The notes: generated by a model from the letters alone, not told the origin. A DNA stretch of 40,422 nucleotides from a virus (IMGVR_UViG_2563366920_000004), one strand, 5' to 3'. Positions 17,694 through 27,501 are shown, counted from the stretch's first letter. Made by a program: numbers and translations.

Positions 17694-18157
17694 TATTTTC
17701 TCTCCATGTGAAATCTGTGGAAATTAAGACCAAGAGCACCATAAGGCGCGGCTTCTTCAAGCCTGAATCCAAGCCAGTGCAGCCATGCTTTGGCAACATG
17801 GTTTCGCTCGTCGACGTAGTTTTCCAGGCGCGGATAAACTGCCAGCATCTGCTGCAATACAGGGCGGCAGTGGCGAAGAAATGTCTTCTGATATTTTTCA
17901 ATACGGCTGGTCCCGACCAGCCAGGGCGTACCATTGCCACCGATCATTGACGCCGGAGATACACCAAACATGGTTACCAGTTCTCCGTTCGCGAACCCTG
18001 ACCAGGCCATAGTCGCAGTGCGAAGACCAACACGCAGCGCATCTTCGGTAGTCATCAGCGATACCGCATACAGTTCGTCAATATCAGCCTGACGAACATC
18101 CGGCAAAATCATCTGAAGATGCTCTTCGGTAGCGGGAATAATTCGAACATCGATCAT
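17693..18157 (-). CDS. internal virion protein (T7 gp13-like by position)
   Basis: 154 aa immediately after the tail-tube B-like gene with overlapping stop/start; synteny-based. Confidence 0.4.
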   Translation of the reverse strand: MIDVRIIPATEEHLQMILPDVRQADIDELYAVSLMTTEDALRVGLRTATMAWSGFANGELVTMFGVSPASMIGGNGTPWLVGTSRIEKYQKTFLRHCRPVLQQMLAVYPRLENYVDERNHVAKAWLHWLGFRLEEAAPYGALGLNFHRFHMERK

Positions 18158-20628
18158 CAGAATCCCCCAACAGTAAGGCGAGGAATAACGGCAAGAACAG
18201 ACAGTGGCAACGGGTCAAGCTGACGGATTCTTACACGTCCGTTTTTGCCCCAGTTACTGTCCAGTTTCACTTCTACTTTTCCGGTAGCATCATCAACAGG
18301 ATCATCGTAGAACTCGAATTCACGCTGTGGATATTCGTACCATTTACCGCCGGGCGTAGTCGCCCAGATGCCGCGACTGGCATTCACAACCAGAGTAACG
18401 GACGGGATCACCTGTTTTTTGTCCAGCAGCGTTTCCTGTCCGTTAATGTTGATATCCAGTGTTTCGAATTCAGCAGTTATTGGCAGGCCGATGTGCACAA
18501 CAGCCCCAGGTGATTCCAGCGTGACGGCACCTCCGGAAACCACTTTCTGTGGTTCCACGTTCGCATCAGAGAGAATGTTTACGGTCTGGCCTTCAAGATG
18601 AGACAGGCCTCCAAATGTCCGGCGCGCCATCTGCCAGTTCGTGGTGGCCACATTCCTGAGGGATGGCGGGACGTTCCTGTTAGCACGAACCACTACAGCG
18701 GTGTTGCTGGTTACAGAAATAATGTCGCAACGTAATTCTTTTGACACCTCATCGCCAGTATCAGGATCAGTTCCGGTATAAGGGAACTGTAGTTGCGCGC
18801 CGACATCACTACTGGTGAAGTACGCACCACCAGAAACACTGATTGTATATTCCGCGCGGTAATCCCATTCGCCAGAACCACCAGTGATGATCATCGTTCT
18901 GTCAGACGTATTTCTTCCATCATAGCTAAGGCCAGAATCAACAAAGAAAGCATCTTCATCGCTGGTAAATAAACGGCTGGACAGTCGCTCGATGTATCTC
19001 ACTGTTTGCCCGTTAACGGTTCGGTTAATGACGAAATACACCGCATCTTCATTGCCTTCGCTGATACTGCATGTGCTTTCATATTTTCCGGTACTGGACT
19101 GTGGTGCCCATGCAAAAACCTGTTGATCACGCAAATAGGTCATCACCAGTAATTTACCGTCATCACGAATGCAGAAGGCGCTGGAGTAAGGGACAATAGA
19201 GAAGCACCAGTCAACAATGCTGTGCTTCTGAAAAAGATGATTGGCAAGGATAGTAAGGTCGTTCCCCTGATAGCCGTCAACATCGAATGAGTAGGCCAGA
19301 TCACGGACAACACTGCCTTTCTCCTGGACGAACAGAGCAATATTCGCCACGGCAATTGGTGGGACATTGCTCGAGCCATTTGATCCCTGAGAGCTGAATG
19401 CAAATGATGATGGGGTTAACACTTTGTTCTGGTCGCCGGTGATGACGTACTCACCTCCGGAAGTCAGTGCCACCAGCGAACCGACATCAATCAGGTGGCG
19501 GATCTCATTAACCTGACGCCCGGCATAGGTGTAGATAATTCTGTCGTCATCCTGCGTAGGATTGCTTTTGCCAAAATCCTTATAATCCCCGGTACGGCTG
19601 GCCCAGATAGTCTGAGGGAACGCAGTCGATGCGGCGAAGTAAAGACGTTGTTGATAATAAACAACAGTGCCAGGATAACCATTAACACTGTTCCAGGCAT
19701 ATTTAGCCCATTTATAGCTGGCATTATCCTCGCCAACTACCTGCGAAGGGATATAGGAAATCACCTCGGCAGTTGCAGTAGTTCCATTTGCAGCAGTGAT
19801 ACGGGCAATGCCAAAACCACTGTGCAGATATTCCCACTCAATGCCAGTATCATCATCACCGGATCCGCCCCAGCCATCCCATGATGTGCCTTCTGTATGC
19901 GAAGGGCGCAAAGTACCTGTTTTGCCTGCTGTAACGGCGCGATAGTAGTTACTGTCTGCACGGCGAATATCGCCAATCGACGTACTCTTACTGGTTTCCC
20001 ATACCGGCACTGAATCCACTGCAGGCTGTTCCAGATAGAACAATTTGCCTACCTGCTCCGCGCCAAAAATAGAGGCGCTTGCCGTTAACGTAATTGTCCC
20101 GGTGCTGGCGCTGGCATAAACCGTCACTGACTCGTCAATATTGATATCTTCAAATGGCCCGTTCTTCGTTACCACATCAACCAGTTGCCAGTTGTCATGC
20201 GCATAGCGACGCAACTCTTTCGGCGGGTATGCCGGATGAACCAGCGTAAGCACGTCGGCGCTTTGCGTGAATTTAATTCGGAACAGATCGGCTTCAGTAT
20301 ATGGCGTGGCAATTTCATAAATAACATTGCTGCTGTTCAGCACCAACGCACCATCTTTGATAACGCGCATGTACTGGTGTCCGAACTCCAGAGCATAAGT
20401 CTGAACCGTCGAGAACTGGAACGGGATCAGGCGGCATTTCCGATTTGGGTATTTGGCGGCACCGACAAAACGCGTACCAGGTCGATTCTCAACGCCGCCA
20501 TACTGCCGCACGATAAAGTTATCGCACTTGCGCAATGCCACCTGGTACTTCGCCATGTCGATACGACCGTACAACGACGGTCCAATCTCACCACCGGCAA
20601 AGCTGGGCTGGATCCAACTGATAGCCAT
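18157..20628 (-). CDS. tail tubular protein B-like (nozzle)
   Basis: 823 aa following the tube A-like gene; N-terminal pattern GGEIGPSLYGR ... GGVENRPGTRF weakly recalls T7 gp12; synteny. Confidence 0.55.
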   Translation of the reverse strand: MAISWIQPSFAGGEIGPSLYGRIDMAKYQVALRKCDNFIVRQYGGVENRPGTRFVGAAKYPNRKCRLIPFQFSTVQTYALEFGHQYMRVIKDGALVLNSSNVIYEIATPYTEADLFRIKFTQSADVLTLVHPAYPPKELRRYAHDNWQLVDVVTKNGPFEDINIDESVTVYASASTGTITLTASASIFGAEQVGKLFYLEQPAVDSVPVWETSKSTSIGDIRRADSNYYRAVTAGKTGTLRPSHTEGTSWDGWGGSGDDDTGIEWEYLHSGFGIARITAANGTTATAEVISYIPSQVVGEDNASYKWAKYAWNSVNGYPGTVVYYQQRLYFAASTAFPQTIWASRTGDYKDFGKSNPTQDDDRIIYTYAGRQVNEIRHLIDVGSLVALTSGGEYVITGDQNKVLTPSSFAFSSQGSNGSSNVPPIAVANIALFVQEKGSVVRDLAYSFDVDGYQGNDLTILANHLFQKHSIVDWCFSIVPYSSAFCIRDDGKLLVMTYLRDQQVFAWAPQSSTGKYESTCSISEGNEDAVYFVINRTVNGQTVRYIERLSSRLFTSDEDAFFVDSGLSYDGRNTSDRTMIITGGSGEWDYRAEYTISVSGGAYFTSSDVGAQLQFPYTGTDPDTGDEVSKELRCDIISVTSNTAVVVRANRNVPPSLRNVATTNWQMARRTFGGLSHLEGQTVNILSDANVEPQKVVSGGAVTLESPGAVVHIGLPITAEFETLDININGQETLLDKKQVIPSVTLVVNASRGIWATTPGGKWYEYPQREFEFYDDPVDDATGKVEVKLDSNWGKNGRVRIRQLDPLPLSVLAVIPRLTVGGF

Positions 20629-21236
20629 CAGGACAACCTCGCAATGGTAAACTCGTCAACCGGTGGCTGTGGTTCCTGTGATTCATTCTGGCTATGCGAG
20701 CCAGCACTAAGAATCACGCGATTGTACATATTGAGGGCAAACGTACCGAGGTCTGCATTCCCAGTAAGCGCCATGTTAATAGCTGCCGCAAGACGCCAGG
20801 CCAGCGCCTCCATAAAAATGGCATCAAACATGTTCACATCTGTAACGCGAGAGACATACTTGAGCCATGCCTGCGGCTGGTCTGTGTAGATCAACTTTCC
20901 TGTTCCGTTGGTGTCTGCACCAACTTCGTACTGAACGCGCATTGCTGCTGTTGGATTGCGTACACCAGGAAGCATAATTTCAGTAATGCGCAGACAATCG
21001 GACGGGTACTGATACGCATATTCCCAGTCAGGCGGTGGATTGCTCGTATCTGCAAGCGCCACGCGTTTGGTAGCAAAGTTCCAGTCAAAATCAGAAAGCA
21101 CAGCATCACGGCAGGCCTCAAAGTGCAGCGAACATTCCCCCGCTTCCTTGCTGGCTTCCGTCAGGCTGTTAATGCTGCGGCTGTTGCCAATATTGGACAG
21201 CGCACGATTACAGATCTCTACTACAGAGGCCATCAC
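20628..21236 (-). CDS. tail tubular protein A-like (adaptor)
   Basis: 202 aa; N-terminus ICNRALSNIGNSRSINSL resembles the T7 gp11 N-terminus (VNDILASIGEPPVSTL); size matches gp11 (~196 aa). Confidence 0.55.
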   Translation of the reverse strand: MMASVVEICNRALSNIGNSRSINSLTEASKEAGECSLHFEACRDAVLSDFDWNFATKRVALADTSNPPPDWEYAYQYPSDCLRITEIMLPGVRNPTAAMRVQYEVGADTNGTGKLIYTDQPQAWLKYVSRVTDVNMFDAIFMEALAWRLAAAINMALTGNADLGTFALNMYNRVILSAGSHSQNESQEPQPPVDEFTIARLS

Positions 21237-21562
21237 TCACCTCCGTTACCGTACAGAGTTTCAGCCGCTGATTTTTCTACATCCCCGGAAACAGGAGCGA
21301 TCGCCATATCAGTGATCTGCAGATCGGCGCTGCGATTAACGCCATCGTCAGTTTCTCTGGCAGACAGGCCTCGAATAACAGCCTTTGCAGTTATCATCAC
21401 TTCCGTTCCGACGCCCTTAGGTTGCGCCTTCAGCTTATTCAATGTGTCGTTATTCAGCGTGATGCACAGCCCCCACGGGTATTCATCGCGAGTTCTGGTT
21501 TCTCCGCTCTCATCCTGGTAGCTGTCAGTGCCGGTTTTGAGGTTTACGAGTTCCATATACAC
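21233..21562 (-). CDS. hypothetical virion-module protein
   Basis: 109 aa ORF in the head-to-tail junction region, coupled to neighbours. Confidence 0.4.
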   Translation of the reverse strand: MYMELVNLKTGTDSYQDESGETRTRDEYPWGLCITLNNDTLNKLKAQPKGVGTEVMITAKAVIRGLSARETDDGVNRSADLQITDMAIAPVSGDVEKSAAETLYGNGGE

Positions 21563-21606
21563 TCCTGCAATAAAGGGGCCGAAGCCCCTTGTCTGATCCG
21601 CGAGGC

Positions 21607-21951
21607 TTACACGCCCAGTTCTTTACGCTTATCTGCGATCTTCTCGCGGAGCGTTTCGGCTTTGGCGTTATGGTGTGGCTTCTCGTTAAAGAGCAATTCG
21701 TACTCTTCACGGAGCTTATCCAGTTCACCATCATCTGACACATCGTTGATGATTTTGGTGCTGGTTGCTGCCATAGACACCTTTCCTGCAACTTTTGCTT
21801 TTGCCTGTCTGGCTGCATCGTTAACAGGTTCCAGTGCGCTACCAGGCTCACCTTCGTATTCGATTTCTGCCCCCTCTGGCCACAGAGTGTTATGGATATG
21901 AGAGAGGCGCAGAACGCGGTATCTTGGTTTCTCACCTGACATCGATATCAC
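21607..21951 (-). CDS. hypothetical virion-module protein
   Basis: 114 aa ORF between capsid and tail genes. Confidence 0.4.
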   Translation of the reverse strand: MISMSGEKPRYRVLRLSHIHNTLWPEGAEIEYEGEPGSALEPVNDAARQAKAKVAGKVSMAATSTKIINDVSDDGELDKLREEYELLFNEKPHHNAKAETLREKIADKRKELGV

Positions 21952-21952
21952 C

Positions 21953-22390
21953 TTAACCAGTTACTTTTGAGCGGATCGGGTACGGCGTATTGGCATCAAC
22001 ATCCAGACTGATACCCGCAGTGAATTTGCCAGCCGTTAGTGGGCCAGTTGCGACGGAGTAGTTAACACGCAGATATCGCTGAACACCGGCAGGCACCTTT
22101 GCAGAAACAACTCGTTTACCTGCTGTCAGGGCGGTCTTTGCCAGTGCGCCACTATCATAAATAGTGGTCCATGAGCTGTTATTCTCACTCGTCTGCAACT
22201 GGATGTTTACAGTTGCATCACCGCTTGCCGCGGCGGCTGCGTTAACCAGCGCCCAAAACTCAAGCGGGTAACCCACGCCGATATCACGACGTTTTCCGTC
22301 AATTGGACCGAGATCGATTACGTCAGTAGAAGCCGCGGTATTCGTAACCGCCTGAGCTTCGGAGAACATCAACAGTTTGTCGGTGATCAT
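21953..22390 (-). CDS. putative capsid decoration/minor head protein
   Basis: 145 aa Ala/Thr/Gly-rich ORF directly downstream of the major capsid gene. Confidence 0.4.
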   Translation of the reverse strand: MITDKLLMFSEAQAVTNTAASTDVIDLGPIDGKRRDIGVGYPLEFWALVNAAAAASGDATVNIQLQTSENNSSWTTIYDSGALAKTALTAGKRVVSAKVPAGVQRYLRVNYSVATGPLTAGKFTAGISLDVDANTPYPIRSKVTG

Positions 22391-22441
22391 CTTCTTTCTC
22401 CATTAGTGGGTCTGTTACGACCCACAGGTTAATAACAGGCG

Positions 22442-23434
22442 TTACACCACGCGGGCTTCTGTTTCCAGAAGCGCATCAGTTTCACGGATTGGTACACCAC
22501 GGAATGAAGTCCACCACTCGCCTTCAGTCTCTTTTACGCTGATAGCCAGAGATGTTTTCTCCAGAGATTGCAGATCAAGAGCCTGGCCTACAGTGCGGTT
22601 CATGTAGAACACCGGGCGGCCCATGCCACGGTTTGGAATGCGATGCAGTGCCTTAACCATCAACTTGGCAATATTTGCGGCAGAGGATGGTTCTGAAAGA
22701 TTGCTGACATCGATGTTTGCAATGCGAACAACATAACGCCAGTCACGCAGAGCAAGTCCGTTGTCCCATTTGTAATGGGTGCGATAACCTTCGTACTTGC
22801 CGCCATTAGCATCTTCCAGTGTCACCTGGCCTTTATCTTCCATCTGGATGCCAGCCTTCTTCCCTTTCGGGAAGATGCCATGCACGGTGTTTTCGCCCCA
22901 CACCACTAACCAGATTGAGGTGTTATCTGTACCCGTGCCACCAGCATCAATGATGTTCTGAGCATTACCCGCAGACAGGCTGGAATAGCGGGAGGACAGT
23001 CCCATAAACTGCTGAGGGTTAACGCTGGAATCACCATAAAACAGCGTCTGCGCCATCTGCTGATTCATCGCTTCAATAAATGCGCGGTCTTCAGACAGGC
23101 GGAATTCAGCGGTATTGCCGTTCAGATCAGCCAGTGACTTATCGACTTCAGCATAGGTTTCCAGCATGCCAACGGAATCGGTTACCTGCACTGTGGTTGA
23201 TTTGCTTGGCTGTACGCCATAGTTCAGCAAACGCCAGGTAGCTGAAGGTAAACCAGAACGAATGGTGGTTCGGTGTCCGGTAGGAAGGTTCCCTTCGACA
23301 AAGGGCATATCCTGAAGGATCGGGTTAGTTTGACCGAGAAGCTCGATAATCTTATCGACTTTCCCGTTTGGATCGACGCGCTTACCCCAGTCAGCCAGCG
23401 TTAGCGCAGTTAAGCCTTTAACAGCCATTGTCAT
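22442..23434 (-). CDS. major capsid protein (HK97-fold type)
   Basis: 330 aa, follows the scaffold gene; size and position typical of major capsid proteins. Confidence 0.7.
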   Translation of the reverse strand: MTMAVKGLTALTLADWGKRVDPNGKVDKIIELLGQTNPILQDMPFVEGNLPTGHRTTIRSGLPSATWRLLNYGVQPSKSTTVQVTDSVGMLETYAEVDKSLADLNGNTAEFRLSEDRAFIEAMNQQMAQTLFYGDSSVNPQQFMGLSSRYSSLSAGNAQNIIDAGGTGTDNTSIWLVVWGENTVHGIFPKGKKAGIQMEDKGQVTLEDANGGKYEGYRTHYKWDNGLALRDWRYVVRIANIDVSNLSEPSSAANIAKLMVKALHRIPNRGMGRPVFYMNRTVGQALDLQSLEKTSLAISVKETEGEWWTSFRGVPIRETDALLETEARVV

Positions 23435-23442
23435 TTCCTCTC

Positions 23443-24144
23443 TTATTTGCCATAGAGCACTTCGGCCGCACTACGCTGGCCTTCATTACCACCGGTGACC
23501 ATGCCATCTTCAGACATCGCCTTTCCGATTTTCACGAACGTTTTGACCAGATCAGGGTGATTACCCAGCCCGGTGGTGTTCAGATATTCTTTGAGTTCAG
23601 GTGTCCCGAACTGGTCAAGCGCACGCTGTGCGGCGCTAAGGTTAGAAATCAACTTGTCGCCACCGATTTCTTTGTCAGCTTTTACATCCGCAGCCCACTG
23701 CTCGGTTGTTTTCTGCCAGGCTTCTGCCTGGCGCTGCTGAACACCTGCCAGAATCTTCGGATAAGCATCAACCAGCTTTTGCGCTTGCTCGTTGGTCAGG
23801 TTAAGTTCTCGCGCCACCGGCTCGAATTCCTTCAACGCTTCTGTATCCAGCTCTACGCCTTCGGCAGCCTGAAATTCGTACTTCTCCGGCGCACCCTCTG
23901 GTTTATCGCCGTCTTTTTTTTCACCCTGCTTATCGTTTTCAGATTTTTTTTCATCATCAGGTTTATCGACATCAGCAACAGGTTGTGGCTTATCACCTTC
24001 CTGTTGTGATGGATCACCAACTGGAGCAGGGTTATCACCTGTAGGCGCTGACGGTTCTGACGCAGCCGGAGCTGCTCCACCATCGACTGGTTGCTCATTG
24101 CAAAGACGGCGATACAGCAAACGCTCAAATAAATTCATGATCAC
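23443..24144 (-). CDS. scaffolding protein
   Basis: 233 aa, acidic low-complexity helical protein between portal and capsid genes. Confidence 0.6.
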   Translation of the reverse strand: MIMNLFERLLYRRLCNEQPVDGGAAPAASEPSAPTGDNPAPVGDPSQQEGDKPQPVADVDKPDDEKKSENDKQGEKKDGDKPEGAPEKYEFQAAEGVELDTEALKEFEPVARELNLTNEQAQKLVDAYPKILAGVQQRQAEAWQKTTEQWAADVKADKEIGGDKLISNLSAAQRALDQFGTPELKEYLNTTGLGNHPDLVKTFVKIGKAMSEDGMVTGGNEGQRSAAEVLYGK

Positions 24145-24437
24145 TCCTGTTCACTGGCCTCTTTGGCCATCTTCAAATACTGTTCAGGGCAATGCGCCAT
24201 AACGCGCTGAAACAGTTCCAGCGCCAGATTGCGTTGCCCCTCATTAAATGCCATTGCCATAGCATCCATCGGAGAGATAGCGGAAAACACCCGGCCTTTC
24301 TCCAGCACCGACCAGACAACGCGACGCCCCTGTTCACTGCTCATGACAAAGCGAATGTCATCAATTTCACGCTGCGCCATGTCACGTTGCTTACGGGCGT
24401 TTTCTTCTTTCAGTTGATCGTCTTCGTAATCTGTCAT
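24141..24437 (-). CDS. hypothetical head-assembly protein
   Basis: 98 aa ORF coupled to portal and scaffold genes. Confidence 0.4.
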   Translation of the reverse strand: MTDYEDDQLKEENARKQRDMAQREIDDIRFVMSSEQGRRVVWSVLEKGRVFSAISPMDAMAMAFNEGQRNLALELFQRVMAHCPEQYLKMAKEASEQE

Positions 24438-26113
24438 TGTGATTGCCCACCCTGACCACTAACTGCATTCGCCATAGCTGACAAAACACTCGGATCCGAA
24501 GTTTTAGCTTCACTTAGCGTCTTGGCACCCTGTGCCGCCGCCATCCCCATCGCCATCATTTGTTGCTGCTGTTGTTGCTGTGCCCGTTGCTGGCGAGCCT
24601 GCTCAACCTGTTCCTGCGGAACAATGACGGTTGGAGACACTCCGGACATATCAGCGAATGCATCGATCGCCTGATCAACGTTGAGTTTGTCGAGAGCTTC
24701 TGGTTTCGCTTGCGCAAGTTGACCAATGAAGTTAACCGTGGACGCCAGACTGGACAGGCCGATAGACTTCTGCGCCTGAGCCATGACGGAAATGTATTCG
24801 ACCTTCAGGGGCATGCCTTCCATCGCGTCAGGCGGTGGCGGCAGCATGTTTTTACGCACCATCATCGAGAAAGAGCGATCAATGAGAGGATTAAGACATT
24901 CGTCGTTCAGGCGCTCCAGAACCGGCCCCAACATCAGAAGTTTTTCTTCTTTCATTTCGATCACCGCTTCCACAGGCATCGAGCGGGTATTGATGTTCTG
25001 CAACATCATGAACAGATCGACAAAGTAGGCGCTGTTAATGATTTGACGAGTGTCCTGAATGTCTGCCACCAAATCTGCTGTACTGGGGTTAACCAGATAA
25101 GCAGGCCTGAAACCATCCTGACCAGTAATCTGATCGATATACGTGATGTCGCCAGGAAGAAGGGAGGCGCGCTGATTCTTGAGGGAAGTCGGAGCAACCA
25201 TCGGCGGATTGGTGGCTTTATCAATCAACTGCGACTTGCGCTTCTGGAGAAGCTGCAATGCCTTAACAGGTCCAAGCGCCAGCATACCCGGGCATGATGA
25301 TCCATAAACATCTTCGCCGTTAACTTCCCAGCGCGGAGCCATAATTGGAAACTCATCGAATCCGGACTCACGCAACAACTTGTCGTTATCGCCACCAACC
25401 TCGTAATAAACCGATTTGAATGGCTTGTTCTTGCTATCCAGCTTCGATGTATCGCGGTCAATGTTCGGGTAAACCGAATGCATCACTTCAATCCACTTCT
25501 CGTAGGTGCCGCTTTCCCACATGCTTTTTACGGATTCGCTGACGTTATTTAGCCCGAACTCCTGAACAAGCTGACGAACAGTCATAGAGAACTTGCGAAA
25601 ACAGGTGTCCACACTGCCACGAGGTGAGTTAGCCAGGTAGTAACTGCCTATCGGGAATGGCATTGTGCGAATGATGTCCTCGTCATCCTCCAGCACTGCC
25701 ATTGCACCAGTGCTGTATGTGCCGAGGCTTCCGTATAACTGCGGCAGCGACTGATAGAGATTCGACTTATTGAACATATCGTTCATGCGGTTCTGCACCG
25801 CCTCAAGCCACAACTTAACAGGGCCATAATCCATCATTTCAGGATCTGGCGTAGCCAGGCGAAACCACGGACGCGCGGGGCTTGTGATGCCTGACATCAT
25901 GCCGCTGGCGAGAGTGCGCGCCGCCATAGTCCCGGTCGAATCAATAATGCGTGTATTGCGTCGATCGTTACGGTTGACCTCAGAAGTCAGAAAGCGGGAA
26001 CCACGCGGGTTGATGTAATCACTCAACTCGCGCCAGTGCGGCTCGAACGACTGACGCTCGCTTTCAAGTTGTGCGAACTGTTTGTTCAATCGCTCTTTAG
26101 TTGTTTCCGCCAT
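24434..26113 (-). CDS. portal (head-to-tail connector) protein, podovirus type
   Basis: 559 aa; C-terminal Gln/Ala/Met-rich tail (QQQQQQMMAMGMAAAQGA...) resembles the T7 gp8 C-terminus; GGAG RBS 8 nt upstream. Confidence 0.75.
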   Translation of the reverse strand: MAETTKERLNKQFAQLESERQSFEPHWRELSDYINPRGSRFLTSEVNRNDRRNTRIIDSTGTMAARTLASGMMSGITSPARPWFRLATPDPEMMDYGPVKLWLEAVQNRMNDMFNKSNLYQSLPQLYGSLGTYSTGAMAVLEDDEDIIRTMPFPIGSYYLANSPRGSVDTCFRKFSMTVRQLVQEFGLNNVSESVKSMWESGTYEKWIEVMHSVYPNIDRDTSKLDSKNKPFKSVYYEVGGDNDKLLRESGFDEFPIMAPRWEVNGEDVYGSSCPGMLALGPVKALQLLQKRKSQLIDKATNPPMVAPTSLKNQRASLLPGDITYIDQITGQDGFRPAYLVNPSTADLVADIQDTRQIINSAYFVDLFMMLQNINTRSMPVEAVIEMKEEKLLMLGPVLERLNDECLNPLIDRSFSMMVRKNMLPPPPDAMEGMPLKVEYISVMAQAQKSIGLSSLASTVNFIGQLAQAKPEALDKLNVDQAIDAFADMSGVSPTVIVPQEQVEQARQQRAQQQQQQQMMAMGMAAAQGAKTLSEAKTSDPSVLSAMANAVSGQGGQSQ

Positions 26114-26127
26114 TTCAATGACTCCGG

Positions 26128-26334
26128 TTACTGACCAAGCAGCGTTTTACCGCTGGTATTAGCAGTTGATGTGTCGCCCTGAGAACCGGTAAGCAGCGTA
26201 GAACTACGACCAGCAGCAGCGCGACGGCGACGAGTTTCTTCGTCGCGGGCATCAACAACGGCGGCATCCTGCTCCTGTGGTGCTGCCTGAACTTCTGGTG
26301 TTGCAGGCACTGATGGTGAGCTACCCATGCACAT
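26128..26334 (-). CDS. small hypothetical protein upstream of portal
   Basis: 68 aa; its translation-initiation context (CGGAGTCATTGAT-ATG) is nearly identical to that of the portal gene (CGGAGTCATTGAA-ATG). Confidence 0.4.
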   Translation of the reverse strand: MCMGSSPSVPATPEVQAAPQEQDAAVVDARDEETRRRRAAAGRSSTLLTGSQGDTSTANTSGKTLLGQ

Positions 26335-26424
26335 ATCAATGACTCCGTACGCAATTAAATTATTACCAATTTAACCACATATGATTTATTTATCGTAGAC
26401 AGTTGACATTTAACGCGCGAATTA

Positions 26425-26439
26425 TTACCTTTCAGGTAA
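26425..26439. promoter_or_regulatory. operator-like palindrome TTACC-TTTCA-GGTAA
   Basis: Perfect palindrome just downstream of a TTGACA hexamer, upstream of the portal operon. Confidence 0.6.
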
Positions 26440-26761
26440 CCAAAGAGTTCATTCCGGTTACTAACCTGACTGGCTTGTCGTTAAATTGAACAGGTGGAGT
26501 GAGCTTTTATTTTGAGCAGTACGGCGTATGGCACATGCGCCGATAGCGGTCTGGATGCGTTTAAGGGGCACCCTCCCTGGCTGTGGCAAACGAACCAGGT
26601 AGCCGGAATGTGCAAGTCGAGCGGTTTTATTCCGCGCACGGGGATTCACCATCCCGGCGATTCGGTGTGACGCCTCGGAAGAGACGAGGGTACAACGATG
26701 AGAGCATTTATGGAGCCGCGACAAAGTGTGGCGCCTTAACAGGCTAAGTGCTCTCAGCGTT

Positions 26762-26838
26762 GTGGCATTAGCTCAGTTGGACAGAGCAACCGCCTTCTAA
26801 GCGGTTGGTCGCAGGTTCGAATCCTGCATGCCACGCCA
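26762..26838 (+). tRNA. tRNA-Arg (anticodon UCU), phage-encoded
   Basis: Cloverleaf traced by hand: 7-bp acceptor stem GTGGCAT/ATGCCAC, D-arm GCTC/GAGC, anticodon stem ACCGC/GCGGT with loop CTTCTAA, T-arm GCAGG-TTCGAAT-CCTGC, discriminator G and encoded CCA. Confidence 0.85.
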
Positions 26839-26881
26839 GAATCACGCCTAAGGACCGTGATGCCAGAAGTTCCAGGTGCTT

Positions 26882-26923
26882 GGCGGTGATGGTTTCCCTT
26901 GAAGGACTATCACCGCCCTTTTT
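26882..26923 (+). terminator. intrinsic terminator downstream of the tRNA
   Basis: GGCGGTGAT ... ATCACCGCC stem followed by CTTTTT. Confidence 0.55.
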
Positions 26924-27001
26924 ACAGCAGGACGCCATTGCGATGACTTCATGCTGTAAACCAGTACAGCCACGGAAGGCATAACTCATTGCTTCCAGTT
27001 C

Positions 27002-27025
27002 GCCCGGTTCGCCGGGCATTTTTTT
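27002..27025 (+). terminator. intrinsic terminator 11 nt upstream of the gp49-like gene
   Basis: GCCCGG-TTCG-CCGGGC followed by ATTTTTTT. Confidence 0.7.
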
Positions 27026-27036
27026 AAGGTGAGATT

Positions 27037-27411
27037 ATGAACGACCAGCAAATCGAAAAAGAAATCGTTGAGAAAGGTAAAACGGCACCTCGTGTAACTC
27101 CTGAGAAAATTGAAGGTCTCATTTGCAGTGAGCATTTTTTTACTGCTGCGCAGGGGGATCATCAGGCTAAAGAAGATGACCTTATTTATAATCCAGAGCC
27201 TTATGTCGAAGCCACCCCTGATGCTCTGCACCTTCTCACTTTCTGCGTCCTGGTGCTGCGCAACGGCTTCACCGTCACCGGAGAGAGCGCCTGTGCAAGC
27301 CCGGAAAACTTTGATGCAGAAATTGGTCGGAAGATTGCCCGACAGAATGCTGTAAACAAAATCTGGATGCTTGAAGGTTACTTGCTGAAGCAGAAGTTAA
27401 GCGAGCAATAA
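27037..27411 (+). CDS. phage Gp49-like family protein, unknown function
   Basis: 124 aa; motif ...TVTGESACASPENFDAEIGRKIARQNAVNKIWMLEGY typical of the N4 gp49 / Sf6 gp66-like family; AAGGTGAG RBS; opposite strand to the flanking packaging genes. Confidence 0.6.
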   Translation: MNDQQIEKEIVEKGKTAPRVTPEKIEGLICSEHFFTAAQGDHQAKEDDLIYNPEPYVEATPDALHLLTFCVLVLRNGFTVTGESACASPENFDAEIGRKIARQNAVNKIWMLEGYLLKQKLSEQ

Positions 27412-27432
27412 CACCGTGACATATCACAAACA

Positions 27433-27459
27433 GCCAGCCTATGAGCTGGCTTTGTTTTA
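27433..27459 (+). terminator. intrinsic terminator after the gp49-like gene
   Basis: GCCAGC-CTATGA-GCTGGC followed by TTTGTTTTA. Confidence 0.6.
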
Positions 27460-27501
27460 TCCTCATCAGAGGATATCAACAACATTATCCCCTCAAGCGG
27501 A

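Noticed and set aside
11017-21901. Numerous short ORFs nested in the ejection-protein and tail-tube genes (for example 20185..20889, 20694..21521, 19495..19884)
   Set aside because: They overlap long continuous frames with coherent operon structure and have no independent support.
26461-26724. 87-aa minus-strand ORF upstream of the tRNA
   Set aside because: No RBS and a non-protein-like composition; the region is more likely non-coding or structured RNA.
26941-26982. 13-codon ORF (MTSCCKPVQPRKA) between the two tRNA-downstream terminators as a second leader peptide
   Set aside because: It has no recognisable RBS, unlike the 9414..9446 leader ORF.
26768-27019. 83-aa minus-strand ORF in the six-frame track
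   Set aside because: It overlaps the tRNA-Arg gene and two terminator hairpins, so it is a chance ORF in structured non-coding DNA.
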